Source of the DNA: Candidatus Cloacimonadota bacterium
GTDB taxonomy: Bacteria > Cloacimonadota > Cloacimonadia > JGIOTU-2
Assembly (NCBI GenBank): GCA_014382495.1
Contig: JACNJR010000031.1
Location: forward strand, 1 to 18,161
Reading direction: 5' to 3'
Length of the DNA: 18,161 nucleotides
The stretch's first letter is position 1. Each line of letters opens with the position of its first letter. Of the stretch, positions 16,544 to 18,161 are shown piece after piece. Position numbers and translations under genes: made by a program. The notes beneath the pieces are model-generated. The model had not been told where the DNA came from and did not search any database. It was given only the letters and a program-made list of their open reading frames with translations.

Positions 16544-17776
16544 ATGAAATTAAATCGTAGTATTGTCGGCTGGGTCAGTTATGACTTCGCAAATTCCTCC
16601 TTCACAACTGTAATAATTACGGCTGTCTACAGTGTTTACTTCAAAGATGTTGTGGTTGGAAATGGCGATCGTGGCGATTTATATTGGGCAATTGCAATCA
16701 GCATTTCGATGCTCGTCGTTGCACTTTCAGCACCAATGCTTGGAGCAATTTCAGATTATTCGCAAACAAAAAAAAGATTTCTTATTTTATTCTGCTACAC
16801 ATCTGTGATTTTTACAGCACTTCTCTTTTTTGTGCGACAGGGAACAATTTTTTGGGGAATGCTTCTTTTCATTATTGCAAATATCGGATTTGAAGGTGGG
16901 AATGTTTTCTACAACGCATTTTTGCCAGAAATTACGGAGAAAAAAAATATCGGCAAAGTTTCTGGCTTAGGTTGGGGAATCGGTTATTTGGGCGGTTTGT
17001 CCGCTTTGGGATTATCGCTACTTTTGGTCGGAAAAAATATCGTATTAATTTTTCCAATGATTGCAATTTTCTTCGGTCTATTTGCGATTCCAATGTTTAT
17101 TTTAGTTCCGGAAAAAAGAGATTTGGATAGAAGAAAAATCAACTATCTTAAAGCTGGATATCAGAGATTATTACAAACTTTTAAACACATAAATAAATTC
17201 AAAGAATTGGGCAAATTTTTGGTCTCATTTTTTATCTATAATGATGGAATAAAAACCGTAATTGTTTTCGCAGCAATTTACGGCAGAGAGCGATTTGGAA
17301 TGAATTTTAACCAACTGATAATCTATATTATTTTTGCAAATATCACTTCATTTTGGGGAGCTATTTCATTCGGACATATTGTTGATAAAATTGGTGCAAA
17401 AAAGACAATATCCATCACTCTGATTATTTGGATTGCAGTTGTGATTTGGGCGTTTTTCTGTCCAAATATTTTGCAATTTTATGGAGTAGGACTTCTCGCT
17501 GGCGTTGCAATCGGTTCTTGCCAAGCAGCAAGTAGAAGTATGGTTTCTCTGTTAAGTCCAAAAGATAAGCAGGCAGAATTTTTTGGATTTTATGCGATGA
17601 GCGGAAAAGCCGCAGCAATTCTCGGACCAATTGTTTATGCACTTCTTGTTCTTCTTTTTCAGAGTCACAGATTCGCAATTTTGAGTATTGCATTTTTCTT
17701 CATTTTTGGATTTGTGATTCTTCAAACGGTTGATGAAAAATCTGGAATCGATGCAACAAAATCTCACTTGGAATAA
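16544..17776 (+). CDS. MFS transporter, UMF1 (Atg22-like) family
   Basis: 410 aa with about 12 predicted TM helices. The N-terminal WVSYDFANSSF is the conserved start of UMF1-family MFS proteins. There is a central cytoplasmic loop (EKRDLDRRKINYLKAGYQRL). Confidence 0.8.
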   Translation: MKLNRSIVGWVSYDFANSSFTTVIITAVYSVYFKDVVVGNGDRGDLYWAIAISISMLVVALSAPMLGAISDYSQTKKRFLILFCYTSVIFTALLFFVRQGTIFWGMLLFIIANIGFEGGNVFYNAFLPEITEKKNIGKVSGLGWGIGYLGGLSALGLSLLLVGKNIVLIFPMIAIFFGLFAIPMFILVPEKRDLDRRKINYLKAGYQRLLQTFKHINKFKELGKFLVSFFIYNDGIKTVIVFAAIYGRERFGMNFNQLIIYIIFANITSFWGAISFGHIVDKIGAKKTISITLIIWIAVVIWAFFCPNILQFYGVGLLAGVAIGSCQAASRSMVSLLSPKDKQAEFFGFYAMSGKAAAILGPIVYALLVLLFQSHRFAILSIAFFFIFGFVILQTVDEKSGIDATKSHLE

Positions 17777-17832
17777 AAAAAATTGACAATTCAAAATCAT
17801 CTTTCAAGAGATAACAAAAAGAGGTAAATATT

Positions 17833-18150
17833 ATGCTGAGAAATATTTTAATTTCGAAAATTCATCGGGCAACTGTTACAAAATGTGATTTAAATTATGT
17901 CGGAAGTATTACGATTGACAAAGAAATTTTGGAAAAAGCAGACATTCTCGAAAATGAAAAGGTAGAGGTCTTTAATATAAATAATGGAAACAGATTTCAG
18001 ACATATGTTTTTGTCGGGAAACCTGGAGGCGGGGAAAATATTATAAATGGTGTTGCTGCCAAATTGGGTCATTAAGGGGATAAAAACATAATTCTTAACT
18101 ATGCTTTTATGGATGAAAAGGGTGCAAAAAAAATATACTTACAATTTTAA
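17833..18150 (+). pseudogene. panD: Aspartate 1-decarboxylase (PanD) gene interrupted by an in-frame TAA at 18073-18075
   Basis: N-terminal [29 protein letters not shown] (Gly-Ser self-cleavage site) ... [23 protein letters not shown] ... [10 protein letters not shown], then TAA. The same frame continues GDKNIILNYAFMDEKGAKKIYLQF to TAA at 18148-18150, matching the PanD C-terminus (E. coli ...SVGDIVIIASFVTMPDEEA...). AGAGGT Shine-Dalgarno before the ATG. Confidence 0.8.
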
Positions 18151-18161
18151 ATCGTCGGTGT

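Noticed and set aside
17833-18150. Stop-codon reassignment (TAA read as sense) as the explanation for the in-frame TAA in panD
   Set aside because: TAA is the stop codon at the expected C-termini of metG, the SPFH gene, the MoxR gene, the TerB-like gene and the epimerase in this same window. A global reassignment is not supported, so pseudogene or sequencing error is preferred.
1-18161. CRISPR arrays, tRNA/rRNA genes, transposases, integrases or phage genes
   Set aside because: No regularly spaced repeat array, no tRNA-like GTTCGA-containing cloverleaf candidates in the few intergenic gaps, and no ORF with recombinase or transposase motifs. The window appears to be core chromosome with no mobile-element signature around the lipid cassette.

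Overview
This is an AT-rich bacterial chromosomal segment (roughly 30% GC by eye) with very high coding density and strong codon/amino-acid bias (Lys, Ile, Asn, Phe). I call 19 protein-coding genes and find no rRNA or tRNA, no CRISPR array and no transposase or integrase. Sixteen genes form one uninterrupted co-directional minus-strand block (768..16369) with small gaps or overlaps. Two plus-strand genes sit at the right edge (an MFS transporter and a panD carrying an in-frame stop), and a 5'-truncated rqcH/fbpA sits at the left edge. The downstream half of the block is translation and housekeeping: metG, a SpoIID/LytB protein, miaB, an LhgO-like flavoprotein, a TerB-like protein and an HD protein. 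The upstream half is the notable part. Three translationally coupled genes with non-ATG starts encode a GGPP-type polyprenyl synthase, a short UbiA prenyltransferase with DGGGPS-like features, and a PcrB/GGGPS TIM-barrel enzyme. That is the two ether-bond-forming steps of archaeal membrane-lipid synthesis plus their isoprenoid donor, in an otherwise bacterial context. Directly behind them are an orphan CpsB-type PHP phosphatase, an SDR epimerase, a putative SAM methyltransferase, an MprF-like flippase-domain membrane protein, a MoxR AAA+ ATPase, an SPFH/stomatin protein and a tiny EF-Tu-domain-2-like beta-barrel protein. I read this as a candidate ether-lipid synthesis, tailoring and membrane-organisation locus. 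Homologous GGGPS/DGGGPS pairs have been reported in some FCB-group (Cloacimonadota) genomes, but the linked tailoring genes here are, to my knowledge, not characterised. All functional calls rest on motif recognition by eye; no database search was run.
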